Origin: Candidatus Hydrothermarchaeales archaeon
GTDB taxonomy: Archaea > Hydrothermarchaeota > Hydrothermarchaeia > Hydrothermarchaeales > JAZGAD01
Assembly: GCA_036444275.1 (NCBI GenBank)
Contig: JAZGAD010000047.1
Coordinates: 10,424 to 74,423, forward strand
Length of the DNA stretch: 64,000 nt
Direction of reading: 5' to 3'
The notes beneath the pieces are model-generated. The model saw only the letters and a list, made by a program, of their open reading frames with translations, was not told where the DNA came from and did not search any database. The translations under genes were made by a program, and so were the position numbers. Shown here piece after piece: positions 8,695 to 19,617 of this stretch. Position 1 is the stretch's first letter; each line of letters begins with the position of its first letter.

Positions 8695-9852
8695 TCACCC
8701 CTTCTCCAGTATGTGCACTACGGCGGTGCCTCCAGAGCCGCCCACATTATGGGTCAGCCCTCTATCTGCATCTACCTGGCGCTTGCCAGCTTTTCCCCTC
8801 AATTGGAGGACTATCTCAATTGCCTGCGCCACTCCAGTAGCTCCCACAGGATGCCCCTTCGCCTTTAGCCCGCCCGATGTATTCACAGGTATATCCCCCC
8901 CTCTTTTGGTCATACCTTCCTCAATTGCTTTCCCCCCTTCACCTATCTCAACGAAGCCCAGCTCCTCGATAGCCAGTATCTCGCCAATAGTAAAGGCATC
9001 ATGCACTTCAGCCACATGGATATCCTTCGGTCCAACCTTAGCCCTCTTATATGCCTCCTTTGCGGCGTTGACTGTTGAGTCTATTAATGCTATTCTATCC
9101 CTATCGTGCAAGGCTATACTGCTCGATGCTTGGCCGCTTCCAGTGATATACACCGGGGAGTTTCCATATTCTTTTGCCTTCTCCTCACTTGCCAGGATCA
9201 TGCAGGCTGCACCGTCAGTTATGGGTGAACAGTCCAACAGCCTAAGAGGATCGGCCACCATCGGCGAAGACAGTACCTGCTCAACGGTTACATCGAATCT
9301 GAACTGGGCGTATGGATTATCCTTGGCATTGCTGTGGTTCTTGACGCTTACCATTGCGAGTTGCTCCCTTGTTGTGCCGTATTCATACATGTGCCTCCTG
9401 GCCATCATAGCATATAAACCAGGAAAAGTCATGCCCAAGAAGGCCTCCCATTCTTGGTCTGCAGCTGTAGCTAGAGTCTGCGTGGTCCTCTCAGTCAGGA
9501 TATCGGTCATCTTCTCCACCCCACCTACTACGACTAGGTCATGGAAGCCGGAATTTATCGCCGCTATTCCCTGCCTTAAAGCCAAGCCCCCTGAGGCGCA
9601 TGCTGCTTCCACTCTAGTTGAAGGTATAGGTGTTAAGCCTACTTGACCAGCTATTAACGAGGAAATGTGCTCCTGGTCTATGAAGCGCCCCCCAGACATG
9701 TTGCCCACGAATATCGCTTCAACATCTTTGCCGTCTACGCCTGCATCGCGAAGTGCATTTGCCCCTGCTTCAACGAAGAGATGGCTGAAGGAAGCCTCCC
9801 AATGCTCTCCGAATTTGGTTAACCCGACACCTATAACTGCAACTCTTTTCAT
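8695..9852 (-). CDS. Acetoacetyl-CoA thiolase
   Basis: [26 protein letters not shown] motifs. Confidence 0.93.
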   Translation of the reverse strand: MKRVAVIGVGLTKFGEHWEASFSHLFVEAGANALRDAGVDGKDVEAIFVGNMSGGRFIDQEHISSLIAGQVGLTPIPSTRVEAACASGGLALRQGIAAINSGFHDLVVVGGVEKMTDILTERTTQTLATAADQEWEAFLGMTFPGLYAMMARRHMYEYGTTREQLAMVSVKNHSNAKDNPYAQFRFDVTVEQVLSSPMVADPLRLLDCSPITDGAACMILASEEKAKEYGNSPVYITGSGQASSSIALHDRDRIALIDSTVNAAKEAYKRAKVGPKDIHVAEVHDAFTIGEILAIEELGFVEIGEGGKAIEEGMTKRGGDIPVNTSGGLKAKGHPVGATGVAQAIEIVLQLRGKAGKRQVDADRGLTHNVGGSGGTAVVHILEKG

Positions 9853-9854
9853 AT

Positions 9855-10892
9855 TCAAACCTTTATTTTCTTCCTCAACCTGACGTAAGTGGCATAGTCT
9901 ATGTACTTCTTCACTTGTATGAAGTCCTCAACATGTGGGGAGTTCCTCTTTCCCTCTATTCCATCTTCCACAAGGATGCTGAAGGAGTCCCCTCCAGCTC
10001 CCGAGCCAAAGGACGTGATCATAATCCTTTCCCCCGGCTTGGCATCATCTAAAATTCTAGCCAGACCTAAGAGCGACGAACCAGAGTAGGCATTCCCGAT
10101 CCTGTCAACGAGAAGTCCCTTCTCCATCTGCTTCTGTGTGAAGCCCAGCATATCGGCTACCCGCCTAGGAAACTTGCCGTTAGGCTGGTGGAAGACCACG
10201 TACTGAAAGTCCCCTGGCTTTAACCCCAACTTGTCCATCAATCCTTTCGAGGCATTATAGACATGCTTGAAATAGGCTGGAGCACCAGTAAAGCGCCCGC
10301 CGTGACTTGGATAAGATTGCCCTTCCCTGCGCCAGAAGTCTGGGGTGTCAGTAGTATAGGAATATGTGCCCTCGAAGCTAGCTATGACTCCATTTCTACC
10401 GATGATGAAGGCTGCACCTCCAGCAGCAGCTGCAAATTCTAGGGCATCTCCGGGCGCCCCTTGAGCTGTATCAGCCCCAATTGCTAGACCATACTTGATC
10501 ATCTTAGATGCTACTAGGCCCATGCAAGTCTGCATTGCGGCAGTGCCGGCTTTGCAGGCGAATTCATAAGACGCTGCAGTTAACTCCGGTGTTGCTTCTA
10601 GCGCTTCCGCTACTATAGTTGCCGTAGGCTTCACAGTGTAGGGATGACTCTCGGAACCGATGTAGATGGCGCCTATCTCTTGGGGATTGATGCCTGCCAT
10701 TGTCAAGGCATTCCTACCCGCCTCTACTGATATCGTCGTGGTATCCTCGTCTAGATCAGGTACCGCCTTCTCTGCGATCTGCAGGCTCTTTTTGATGTTC
10801 TCCGGGTCTTTGCCCCATACTCTAGCTATCTCCTCCACCTTTATCCTGTATCTCGGGATATAGGCTCCATAGCCAACTATGCCTGTCTTCAT
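9855..10892 (-). CDS. Hydroxymethylglutaryl-CoA synthase (archaeal)
   Basis: [31 protein letters not shown]. Confidence 0.95.
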   Translation of the reverse strand: MKTGIVGYGAYIPRYRIKVEEIARVWGKDPENIKKSLQIAEKAVPDLDEDTTTISVEAGRNALTMAGINPQEIGAIYIGSESHPYTVKPTATIVAEALEATPELTAASYEFACKAGTAAMQTCMGLVASKMIKYGLAIGADTAQGAPGDALEFAAAAGGAAFIIGRNGVIASFEGTYSYTTDTPDFWRREGQSYPSHGGRFTGAPAYFKHVYNASKGLMDKLGLKPGDFQYVVFHQPNGKFPRRVADMLGFTQKQMEKGLLVDRIGNAYSGSSLLGLARILDDAKPGERIMITSFGSGAGGDSFSILVEDGIEGKRNSPHVEDFIQVKKYIDYATYVRLRKKIKV

Positions 10893-11650
10893 GCAGTATT
10901 CCTCCTCAACTCACCGAGGAGTTCTTCTACATCCTCTATCCCTGAGAGTATGACTGGAATCCTCTCTCTTTCAGCTATCTCTATCCCTAACGCATCTACT
11001 TTCTTAAGCCCATGTAGGACCACGAGACCCGGTTTTATGCTGGAAACACGGATTGCGATGAAAGGCGACCTACCACCGCCAACCCTGGTGAATATCAAGG
11101 CCCTTTCAGACGTGAGCCCATAGATGCGGTAGAAGTCTCCAGAAGATAATTCCAATATTGCCGTCACGCTGTCTAGGGCCGTATAGCCGTAGACATCCTT
11201 GTTTAGTAATCCCTCGTTGACCACTACCGTCCCCTTAACTATATCTAGGATATCACTAGCTTTCATGGGCGATGCGAATTCTTTCATGTCTAGGATGCCT
11301 TCTAGGCTGGGTGTACCACTTAGACCCTTGGTATATGCCTTTAATAAGCTGGAGCCTCTCTCGCTGTCTGCCTTTACTAAAGCCTGGACTATCCTCTTGA
11401 CCATCTTAGATCCAGGGCTCCTCCGCTTCCGCTCATAGTCGCTTATCACAGAAGATGAGACATCAAGGCTCTGTGATAAATCACTCTGGGATATACCTAC
11501 TAACTCCCTCCACTTCCGGATGGTCCTTCCTTGTTCGCCTGAAAGCACTATCTCTCCGGCCATCTTAGTGGAAAGTTCATCTTCCACGCTCAACGTATCA
11601 CCTTCACCTTTCCCGAGTAAAGCAGAGGCACTATTTAAGGTTTTCGTCAA
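10889..11650 (-). CDS. XRE-type HTH regulator conserved upstream of archaeal HMGS (start uncertain)
   Basis: [15 protein letters not shown]...SQ..L....SSVISDYE; [12 protein letters not shown]. Confidence 0.85.
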   Translation of the reverse strand: MTKTLNSASALLGKGEGDTLSVEDELSTKMAGEIVLSGEQGRTIRKWRELVGISQSDLSQSLDVSSSVISDYERKRRSPGSKMVKRIVQALVKADSERGSSLLKAYTKGLSGTPSLEGILDMKEFASPMKASDILDIVKGTVVVNEGLLNKDVYGYTALDSVTAILELSSGDFYRIYGLTSERALIFTRVGGGRSPFIAIRVSSIKPGLVVLHGLKKVDALGIEIAERERIPVILSGIEDVEELLGELRRNTA

Positions 11651-11721
11651 AAAACTTATATATTATAGACAATCGTCGAACAAAGGTTTAAATTCTTCCT
11701 TGGACGTTGGGAGATTTAGTT

Positions 11722-11796
11722 GGGGCCGTAGGGTAGCATGGTCGATCCTCGTGGCTTCGGGAGCCATGGACCTGAGTTCAAATCTCAGCGGCCCCA
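11722..11796 (+). tRNA. tRNA-Pro(CGG)
   Basis: GGGGCCG/CGGCCCC acceptor stem; GTGGC-TTCGGGA-GCCAT anticodon arm; GTTCAAATC T-loop; CCA not encoded. Confidence 0.95.
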
Positions 11797-11876
11797 TCAA
11801 TAATTTCTGAATTATCTTCAGAGAAAATATAAATCCAAATGAAGCTCAGCAAAAACAGCTAGGACTGGATTCTTCA

Positions 11877-12797
11877 TCACGATAGAACAAGCTCGATCTC
11901 CAAGGTCTCTGCTATCTCTTTGTATCTATTCCTTATTGTGACTTCTGTTACGCCAGCGACATCGGCGACTTCCTTCTGCGTTCTTCTCTCCCCCATAAGC
12001 ACACTGGCTATATAAATCGCGGCTGCTGATACTCCGGTTGGCCCTCTACCTGAAGTGAGCTCCTTGTCCATAGCCTTCTCTGATATTTCTACAGCACGAC
12101 GCTGCACATCCGTATTCAAATTAAGCTCAGAGCAGAAGCGCGGGATATAGTCGATAGGCGTGGTGGGATTCAGGTTGAAGCTCAGCTCTCTAGAGATGTA
12201 CCTGTATGCCTTGCCTATCTCCTTCCTACTCATGAGGGAAGCCTCTGCCACCTCATCGAGAGTGCGCGGTACCTTGCACTGCCTGCAGGCAGCATATATG
12301 CATGCGGTGGCGACAGCCTCAATACTCCGCCCCCTTATCAGCCCCTTTGCCAGCGCTTTCCTGTAGACCATGGATGACGCCTCGCGCACATTCTTGGAGA
12401 GATTCAGCTTTGAAGAGAGCTTGCTGAGCTCTACGAGGGCTATGGCGAGATTCCGCTCCTTTGCATTGGATATGCGGACACGCTGTTGCCACTTCCTTAT
12501 TCTGTAGAGCTGGGCCATCTTCCTCGAGGCTATGGGCCGCCCTGAAAAATCCTGATTCCGCCAATCTATAGTGGTAGATAAACCCTTATCATGAACTAGA
12601 TAATTCATTGGCGCTCCAGTGCGGCTACGCTTACTCATCTGCTCGCTGTCGAAGGCACGCCACTCAGGGCCATAGTCTATTATGTCTTCATCCACTACTC
12701 GCCCGCAGTCGTTACAAATTATCTCAGCCCGCTCATAGTCTTTAGTAAGGCTTTTGCTCCCGCATTCAGGGCAGGCAATTGTGTACTCTACTTCCAT
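11877..12797 (-). CDS. tfb: Transcription initiation factor IIB
   Basis: CPECG zinc ribbon, GPEWRAF, two cyclin repeats, [12 protein letters not shown]. Confidence 0.96.
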   Translation of the reverse strand: MEVEYTIACPECGSKSLTKDYERAEIICNDCGRVVDEDIIDYGPEWRAFDSEQMSKRSRTGAPMNYLVHDKGLSTTIDWRNQDFSGRPIASRKMAQLYRIRKWQQRVRISNAKERNLAIALVELSKLSSKLNLSKNVREASSMVYRKALAKGLIRGRSIEAVATACIYAACRQCKVPRTLDEVAEASLMSRKEIGKAYRYISRELSFNLNPTTPIDYIPRFCSELNLNTDVQRRAVEISEKAMDKELTSGRGPTGVSAAAIYIASVLMGERRTQKEVADVAGVTEVTIRNRYKEIAETLEIELVLS

Positions 12798-13064
12798 GTT
12801 ATCACCTAAAGCGCTTATACCTAACCTCAACAAATTATTTTCAGATAACCTCTAATGAGAATTAGATTTCAAGCCAGGCAGAAGTAAATCGTCGACAGTG
12901 GATTCCCAGCTCTAGATGTGACAAAAGACCCACCATTTTTTTGAAATTTTGCATTAAGCATGAAGCAATAGCATTCTTATATAACATTATTTAACATTAT
13001 ATTTTCATATGTTAAAATGGAGAAGTAGGCTACTATCCTGGCCTAAAAGTAAGAGGTAAAGCGC

Positions 13065-14432
13065 ATGATAAAGGACCTTCCGGTTGATGTCGGGCTTATC
13101 TACGAAGGGGAGAGGATAAGAAAGAATTTAATGTATGTGGACCTCGCCGGGCCTAAAAGCAAGGGGGCAGAGCTTCTTAGAGTGGCACCAGCGGCGAAGG
13201 TGAAGGACACCAAGGTAAAGGTTGTCGGCCTTGATATAACTGACATGGAAGAGGGCAAAGCATATCCATTCAGCATTCTGGTGGAAGTCGCCGGCAAAAC
13301 ATTGGAGGAGGACTTGGAAGGAGTCTTCGAGAGACGCATTCACTATTTCCTCAACTATATACAGGGCTTCATGCACCTCAACAGCAGGGACATAATATGG
13401 TGCAGGGTTGGCAAGGATTCAGCCAAGAAGGGCATTACTCTAAAACACATAGGGCAAGCCCTCATGGACCTCTTTAAATCCGAGTTCGACACCATAGAGA
13501 AGATACAGGTGACCTTTTACACCAGCGATAAGGAGGTAGATAAGTTTCTAGCTAAAGCGAGGAAGGTCTATGAAAAACGCGATTCCAGGATACGCGGTCT
13601 TCGCGATGAAGACGTCGATACATTTTATGGTTGTGCCCTGTGCCAGAGTTTCGCCCCGCAGCACCTATGTACGATAACACCGAGTAGGACATCCTCCTGC
13701 GGATCTATATCCTGGTTCGAGGGCAGAGCTGCTGCCAAGGTGGACCCGAAGGGGCCTATATTCGCTATATCCAAGGGAGAACTAATAGATGAACTAAAGG
13801 GAGAGTACTCCGGGCCAGACGAAGCGACATATGAGCGCTCCAGTGGCACTGTATCCAAGGTATATCTGCATAGCCTCTTCGATTATCCTCACACATCCTG
13901 CGGTTGCTTTGAGGCCATAGCCTTCTACATGCCTGATGTGGATGGGATAGGGATCGTATCCAGGAGCTTTAATGGAAAGACGCCCTTTGGTATACCATTC
14001 TCAACTATAGCTGGACAGGTTGGCGGCGGCTTGCAGAGCACTGGATTCGCCGGTATAGCCGTAGAGTATCTGCGCTCACCCAAATACCTCCAAGCAGACG
14101 GCGGCTGGGAGCGAACAGTCTGGTTGCCCAAGGAACTCAAGGAGAGGATCGGCGATGACATACCAGAGCACATGAGGGATAAGATAGCCACTGAGGAGGA
14201 CGCTACAGATCTAGAATCCTTAAAGAAATTCCTCCAAGAAAAAGGACATCCAGTCATTGAGCGGTGGAAAAAAGAAGCTGTCGAGGTAGAAAAAACGAGT
14301 AAGCCTGTTGAGGTATCAGAGCTTCAGGTACTTGAGGGCATGCCGCTTGATGGAAGTGGGGTAACTATCGTCTTCAAGAACGCCAAGATCTATGCTGAAA
14401 AGGTGATCATCAAGCGGAAGGGGACGAGATAA
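13065..14432 (+). CDS. cdhC: Acetyl-CoA synthase (ACDS beta subunit)
   Basis: EGERIRK, CALCQSFAP, HTSCGCFE, ADGGW. Confidence 0.95.
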   Translation: MIKDLPVDVGLIYEGERIRKNLMYVDLAGPKSKGAELLRVAPAAKVKDTKVKVVGLDITDMEEGKAYPFSILVEVAGKTLEEDLEGVFERRIHYFLNYIQGFMHLNSRDIIWCRVGKDSAKKGITLKHIGQALMDLFKSEFDTIEKIQVTFYTSDKEVDKFLAKARKVYEKRDSRIRGLRDEDVDTFYGCALCQSFAPQHLCTITPSRTSSCGSISWFEGRAAAKVDPKGPIFAISKGELIDELKGEYSGPDEATYERSSGTVSKVYLHSLFDYPHTSCGCFEAIAFYMPDVDGIGIVSRSFNGKTPFGIPFSTIAGQVGGGLQSTGFAGIAVEYLRSPKYLQADGGWERTVWLPKELKERIGDDIPEHMRDKIATEEDATDLESLKKFLQEKGHPVIERWKKEAVEVEKTSKPVEVSELQVLEGMPLDGSGVTIVFKNAKIYAEKVIIKRKGTR

Positions 14433-15580
14433 TGAGGTATGATCTCGATGAACTTATCGCCTCCTTAGTTGATGCGGAAACAGTCGAACTTGAGAATGTC
14501 ACTATAGATACTGAAGAACTGGTCCTTGAAATCAGGAGGCTCGCAGGAGCCCGAAGACCTCTACATCCACCTATTCTGAAGCCCGAGAGACTGAAATTCC
14601 AAGTTCCCAAGGGAGAGTACAGGGGAGAAGTAGTAGAAGTGCAGTTCGGGGCTACGAAGGGCGATGGCGGGACTAGAGGAAAGGCAATTAAGATAGGTGG
14701 ACAGCGAAGCCTCTACTCCTTTGAGGATGGCATGCCAAATAGACCAGTTATCGCATATGATGTCTTCGATATGCCTATGCCAAGCTTTGCTAAATCGCTG
14801 AGAGAGGAGTGGCAGGATGCCTGGGATACCCCAGCGGAATGGGCAAAGAAAGCTGTGAAGCTGGGTGCAGATATGATAACCCTCCACTTAATATCAACAG
14901 ATCCAGGGATCAAAGATACCTCTCCTAAGGAAGCTGCTAAAACCGTGGAGGACGTGCTGCAGGCCGTAGATGTTCCCTTGGTTATCGGGGGCTCAGGTAA
15001 TCCAGAGAAGGACCCTGTGCTCTTCGAGAAGGTAGCTGAAGCTGCTGAGGGGGAGCTATGCCTACTCGCCTCTGCAAACCTTGACTTGGATCATAAGAGG
15101 ATAGTGGATGCTGCCAATAAGTACCGACACAACGTCCTATCCTGGACTTCTATGAATATAACAGACCAGCAGATGCTCAATAAACTCCTCCTCGACGAAG
15201 GGCTTCCGCAGGAGCGCATGGTCCAAGATCCCACTACAGGAGCGCTCGGCTATGGTTTGGAGTACACGTATTCCATCATTGAAAGGCTTAAGCTCAGCGC
15301 ACTTAAGGGAGAGAAGATATTGCAGAGCCCTATCTCCTGCGGTGTGACAAATGCATGGGCCGCTAGAGAAGCCTGGATGAATGAGCCTAGCTGGGGTGCA
15401 CGGGAGTACCGCGGTCCCCTGTGGGAGATAGTAACTGCAGTCACTGTGCTATTGGCAGGAGCTGACATGATGATGATGCTTCACCCTGGAGCCGTGAAGG
15501 CTGTGAAGGATATAATAGGGGCTATATCTGGAGAATTGAAAACCGAGCCCCTAGCTTACGAGGAATGGATCGCTCTATAG
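14432..15580 (+). CDS. cdhD: Corrinoid Fe-S protein small subunit (ACDS delta)
   Basis: GGSGNPEKDP, DPTTGALGYGLEY, NAWAAREAW. Confidence 0.95.
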   Translation: MRYDLDELIASLVDAETVELENVTIDTEELVLEIRRLAGARRPLHPPILKPERLKFQVPKGEYRGEVVEVQFGATKGDGGTRGKAIKIGGQRSLYSFEDGMPNRPVIAYDVFDMPMPSFAKSLREEWQDAWDTPAEWAKKAVKLGADMITLHLISTDPGIKDTSPKEAAKTVEDVLQAVDVPLVIGGSGNPEKDPVLFEKVAEAAEGELCLLASANLDLDHKRIVDAANKYRHNVLSWTSMNITDQQMLNKLLLDEGLPQERMVQDPTTGALGYGLEYTYSIIERLKLSALKGEKILQSPISCGVTNAWAAREAWMNEPSWGAREYRGPLWEIVTAVTVLLAGADMMMMLHPGAVKAVKDIIGAISGELKTEPLAYEEWIAL

Positions 15581-15590
15581 GGGGCCTGTG

Positions 15591-17012
15591 ATGGTCAAGA
15601 TATCACCACTGGAGATATACAAGCTCCTCCCAGGTACCAACTGCAAAGAGTGCGGCGAGGAGAGCTGCATGGCATTTGCCTCCAAGCTCATTGAGAGAGC
15701 GAAGGGAGTGGGAGATTGCCCACCTCTTGCAGAGGATAAATATTTAGAAAAGAGGGAGAAGCTGATAGAGCTCGTTACACCCCCGGTGAAGGAAGTAGTT
15801 GTAGGTGTTGGGGAAAGAGCAGTTGCTATCGGTGGGGAGGAAGTCATGTATCGCCATGAGCTCACCTTCTTCAACAAGACAGCCTTCTTCATAGATGTTC
15901 ACGATGAGATGAGCCAAGAGGAGTTGGCAAAGAAGGTTGAAGCCATAGACAAGTTCACCTTTGGAAGGGTCGGCCAAGAGTTGAAGCTCCAGGGGGTAGC
16001 GGTTAGGGCTAAGAGCGGGGAGCCCACGAAGTTCGGCGAGGCAGTGCTAGTAGTGACTGAGAAAACCGACCTCCCTCTAATGCTCTGCTCCTATGATCCA
16101 AAGCTGCTGGAAGTGGCTCTGGAGATAGCATTGGATAGAAGGCCTCTCATCTATGCGGCGACAAAGGATAACTGGGAGCAGGTTGTGAATCTAGCCCTGA
16201 AGCATGCCTGCCCGGTAGTTGTGTCGTCGCCAGGCGACATAGAGGGATTGATTGAGCTATCACAGAACTTGATGGAGAATGGAATAGAGGATATTGTCTT
16301 GGACATAGGCACTTATCCTGACGGTGGACAGCTTAAAGCCATGGAGGAGAATCTGGTCATGCTCAGGAGATCTGCTATAGAGGAAGAGGTAAAGCCCTTG
16401 GGATTCCCCATCTTGGGCGTGCCGATGGTAGCTGGTATGAGGGAGAAAGATCCAGTTAAGGCTGCTATGGCAGAGGTAACACTAGGTGCTTCGTTGATAC
16501 TGAAATACTGCGATATCATGGTAGTTAGCTCCATGGAGGTCTGGTCCCTTTTACCACTTCTCACCATACGGCAGAATATCTACACGGATCCGAGGATGCC
16601 CCTCCAGGTGGAAGCAGGTCTCAAGATTCTAGGCAGCCCCGACGAGAATGCACCTGTCTTTCTCACCTCCAATTTCGCCTTGACCTATTACACTGTGGCA
16701 TCTGATCTGGAGGCAGCGAAGATACCATGCTATGTATTAGTAGCTGATACAGATGGACACGCAGTGGAGGTAAGCATGGCTGGTCAGAAGCTAACTGCAG
16801 ACGTGGTCAAAAACGTTCTAGAGTCTTCTAAGGTCGCGGAAAAAGTGAAGCATAAAAAGCTCATCATTCCTGGTAGAGCATCTAGGATAAGCGGAGAGAT
16901 CGAAGACGCTACGGGCTGGGAGGTAATGGTGGGTCCCATAGACTCGGCCAGAATACCAAAGTTCCTGGATGAAAAGTGGAATGGCACGGCAGTCAGTAAA
17001 GGTCGTCAATAA
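15591..17012 (+). CDS. cdhE: Corrinoid Fe-S protein large subunit (ACDS gamma)
   Basis: TNCKECGEESCMAFA..CPPL Fe-S motif; TSNFALTYYTV. Confidence 0.95.
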   Translation: MVKISPLEIYKLLPGTNCKECGEESCMAFASKLIERAKGVGDCPPLAEDKYLEKREKLIELVTPPVKEVVVGVGERAVAIGGEEVMYRHELTFFNKTAFFIDVHDEMSQEELAKKVEAIDKFTFGRVGQELKLQGVAVRAKSGEPTKFGEAVLVVTEKTDLPLMLCSYDPKLLEVALEIALDRRPLIYAATKDNWEQVVNLALKHACPVVVSSPGDIEGLIELSQNLMENGIEDIVLDIGTYPDGGQLKAMEENLVMLRRSAIEEEVKPLGFPILGVPMVAGMREKDPVKAAMAEVTLGASLILKYCDIMVVSSMEVWSLLPLLTIRQNIYTDPRMPLQVEAGLKILGSPDENAPVFLTSNFALTYYTVASDLEAAKIPCYVLVADTDGHAVEVSMAGQKLTADVVKNVLESSKVAEKVKHKKLIIPGRASRISGEIEDATGWEVMVGPIDSARIPKFLDEKWNGTAVSKGRQ

Positions 17013-17244
17013 ATCGTTGGAGCTCCTCCAGGTCCTCTTCTACCCTCTCTTCTACTTTTTCTTCTGCCTGAAACAGCTCTTTCTTCATCTGTTTCTTCTT
17101 CTCTTTGTATTCCTCGATATCACGCAGGAGGCGGCTTATCGCTGTCCTACAGAAATCAGACATGCTGGAGAACATCCCCTTGTCTATCAGGACTTGGATC
17201 TTCTCCTTATCATCGCTAGGTATTTTAGCACTTAGGGAAGCCAT
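16993..17244 (-). CDS. Ribbon-helix-helix (CopG/ParD-like) protein with coiled-coil tail
   Basis: SAKIP...IQVLIDKGMFSSMSDFCRTAISRLL. Confidence 0.75.
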   Translation of the reverse strand: MASLSAKIPSDDKEKIQVLIDKGMFSSMSDFCRTAISRLLRDIEEYKEKKKQMKKELFQAEEKVEERVEEDLEELQRFIDDLY

Positions 17245-17770
17245 GTTAAACCCTCTTTGGATATTTAAATTTAAATAATGTTCTCAGCAGTGATGTTTTT
17301 TGGGGTATGGTTAGGGGTGACAGGCAGAAAGCAACGGCAGGTAAGTAGATTAATTTGACTTCAACTTTCTGGGCCATCGCGCTTCGCCTTCTTCATCGCG
17401 CCGACGCCCTACTCTCCGGCTTGAGCTTCACGAGCAATATAGAGCCCAATGCAGCCCCAGGATGAGTGAAGTAGGGTATGCTGACCTGCGCTTGCACCGC
17501 ACCTCTAAAAGTGTAATACACTGCAAATAACTGATTATTATGATTTTCCACATTCGTATGAAGCGTGTGATAAATAACTGTTATAACGCTGTAGAGTCCT
17601 ACAAGTTTGAGCCTTATAAAGCCCTCTATTTTCTATGTCTTCTTTCAACATTCCAACTATCACTCCCCGTGCTCCAGAAACACCTTTAGCAATGCCTTAA
17701 TCCCCTTGTCTCTTAGAAGGCCAAAACTGGATCGCCAGCACTTTATCGACGGAGTTAATACTAGTCCAGT

Positions 17771-18679
17771 CTATTTGGACGCACTATCTTCCTTTTCTTT
17801 TTCTGATTCAGCAAGATATACTCCGAAGAGCACGAGCGCTGCATTAGCAATTACGAAGCCTGTGACGGCCTCCTGGAGAAAGAAGTAGGCGAAGATTGTT
17901 GCAAAAACCGGTATAAAGAAGATGAAGAAGCTCACCTTCGAGGCTTCCATCCTCTTCAATGCCTCAAACCAAAACAAGAATGCAACAGCTGTAGGCAGAA
18001 TCGCCAGTGCAATAACTATGCCCCATGCATGTGGACTGAGACGCAGTACCACATCTACAGGCTCGTAGAATGGTGTAAACGCAATAAGTAGGAGGGAGCC
18101 CAAGATAGTGCTCCAGCTGACAACGAGTATTGGATCTCTGTCGCGTACTCCGATTTTAGCGAGAATAGTGGACGGGCCGTAGCTGACAGCTGAAAGCAGT
18201 AAGAGGATATTCCCAAATGTGTGACTGGACAGTTCCCTCACAGCAGCGATATCACCCTGGGTGGAAATCATAGCGGCGCCAAATAGAGCTATGCCTATGC
18301 CGATTATCTTCCTTGCACCGAGACTCTCCCCCAGGAAAATAGCAGCTAATACAGCGACAAATATCGGTCCGGTTGCCATGAGAATGCTCGAGATAGAAGC
18401 TGTCGTGTACTGCATGCCAATGTTCTGTAGAACGTTAGGAAGGAATATCCCGGTAAATCCTATGCCAGATAATATCAAGAAGTCCTCTTTGAGGCAGCCG
18501 ATGCTCTCCCTCAACTTATACCGTGATATAGCAGCTAAGAAAATCAGAGAAGCAAAGGAGAAACGTAGGGTGGCTAGGGTGACAGGCGGGATCTCCTCTA
18601 AACCTACTTTGATAAGAACAAAAGAGGCACCCCACATGAGGGTCGCAGCTAGGAGTAGAAGGGTCGCTATCGTTATCAT
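17771..18679 (-). CDS. DMT/EamA family transporter
   Basis: About 10 hydrophobic segments; WGASF..IK; duplicated EamA halves. Confidence 0.92.
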   Translation of the reverse strand: MITIATLLLLAATLMWGASFVLIKVGLEEIPPVTLATLRFSFASLIFLAAISRYKLRESIGCLKEDFLILSGIGFTGIFLPNVLQNIGMQYTTASISSILMATGPIFVAVLAAIFLGESLGARKIIGIGIALFGAAMISTQGDIAAVRELSSHTFGNILLLLSAVSYGPSTILAKIGVRDRDPILVVSWSTILGSLLLIAFTPFYEPVDVVLRLSPHAWGIVIALAILPTAVAFLFWFEALKRMEASKVSFFIFFIPVFATIFAYFFLQEAVTGFVIANAALVLFGVYLAESEKEKEDSASK

Positions 18680-18784
18680 TATTTGTACCCTTCCAAGCTC
18701 TCAGCAGCATATTCTATGACGCCTGAGAAGAAGTCTCTGGTTTCTGAATCTAAATTTGCAGGCATTCCCTCATAAAGCTCCACT

Positions 18785-19480
18785 TTACCGCCTCTTACCC
18801 GTTAGTAGGACGTGGTCCTTATCATATGGTTCAAGATTCAGCGAAACAATCTTGAAGCCAGCTTCCTTAAGCCTCAATTCTTCTCTTCTAAAGATCGCCT
18901 CTGGTTCCTCGGTGACATCTATACTCCTCGCCTTTACAGCCATAGCGACATACCCCCCTGTCTTTAGATAGAGGCCAGCATTCTCCAGCAATATCTCACC
19001 CTGGTTTGGCTGGGCTATATCCTGATAGACGAGGTCGCACTTCTCCAAGAAAGAGAGATATCTTCTGGGTTGAGAGGCATCTGCGAGGATCGGTATCATA
19101 TTCTTTCTTGGCTCGCACACATACATGAGCTCCCTGAAGACCCTGGGAGAAAAGTCCACACAATATACCATACCATCAGCGGCGATGTCTGAGACATGAG
19201 ATGCAGTAGTGCCAGAGGCAGCACCCAGGTAGAGAATCCTTGAATCTCTTTTAATGGGAAGATTTTCTAGCCCGTTGTATATAGCAGCAGCAAGCTTGCT
19301 CCTCTTAGGGTTCCAGAGACGGTACTCCACGCCGTTCACAGGTACAAGCCTCTCCCCATAGACAGCTGTCCCCGGAACGAGGTTCTTGGTCGCTAACCTA
19401 TCTCCTATAACGGCTAGGTTATCTACAGCATTTACATCGAGCTTGAATATAGACTCATTACCCTTCGGGTGCCTCGCCAT
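18785..19480 (-). CDS. flpA: Fibrillarin-like rRNA/tRNA 2'-O-methyltransferase
   Basis: YRLWNPKRSKLAAA, LYLGAASGTTASHVSD, DIAQPNQ. Confidence 0.97.
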   Translation of the reverse strand: MARHPKGNESIFKLDVNAVDNLAVIGDRLATKNLVPGTAVYGERLVPVNGVEYRLWNPKRSKLAAAIYNGLENLPIKRDSRILYLGAASGTTASHVSDIAADGMVYCVDFSPRVFRELMYVCEPRKNMIPILADASQPRRYLSFLEKCDLVYQDIAQPNQGEILLENAGLYLKTGGYVAMAVKARSIDVTEEPEAIFRREELRLKEAGFKIVSLNLEPYDKDHVLLTGKRR

Positions 19481-19617
19481 TAGCTCTCTTCCTTTTGCAT
19501 CTCATCGTAAAAGGTGTCCCTGCAGTTCCTGCTGCAGAAGAACAACCCGTCTCCACATCCCTGATAGGCCTCGTCTTCCTCCACCTTCTCACTGCAGTAG
19601 CTACACGTCACCTTCAT
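19480..19617 (-). CDS. 45-aa TRASH/zf-HIT-like zinc-finger protein (not in ORF track)
   Basis: Hand translation MKVTCSYCSEKVEEDEAYQGCGDGLFFCSRNCRDTFYDEMQKEES; start overlaps the nop5 stop (ATGA) and stop overlaps the flpA start (TAATG). Confidence 0.8.
   Translation of the reverse strand: MKVTCSYCSEKVEEDEAYQGCGDGLFFCSRNCRDTFYDEMQKEES

Noticed and set aside
8711-9646. 311-aa plus-strand ORF, and similar long antisense ORFs at 22995-23951, 32026-32772 and 53990-54625
   Set aside because: They are shadow frames opposite well-supported genes.
17300-17760. GC-rich intergenic stretch considered as SRP/RNase P RNA or a decayed gene
   Set aside because: No SRP or RNase P consensus seen; the short minus-strand ORFs (e.g. 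MQAQVSIPYFTHPG...) cannot be assigned.
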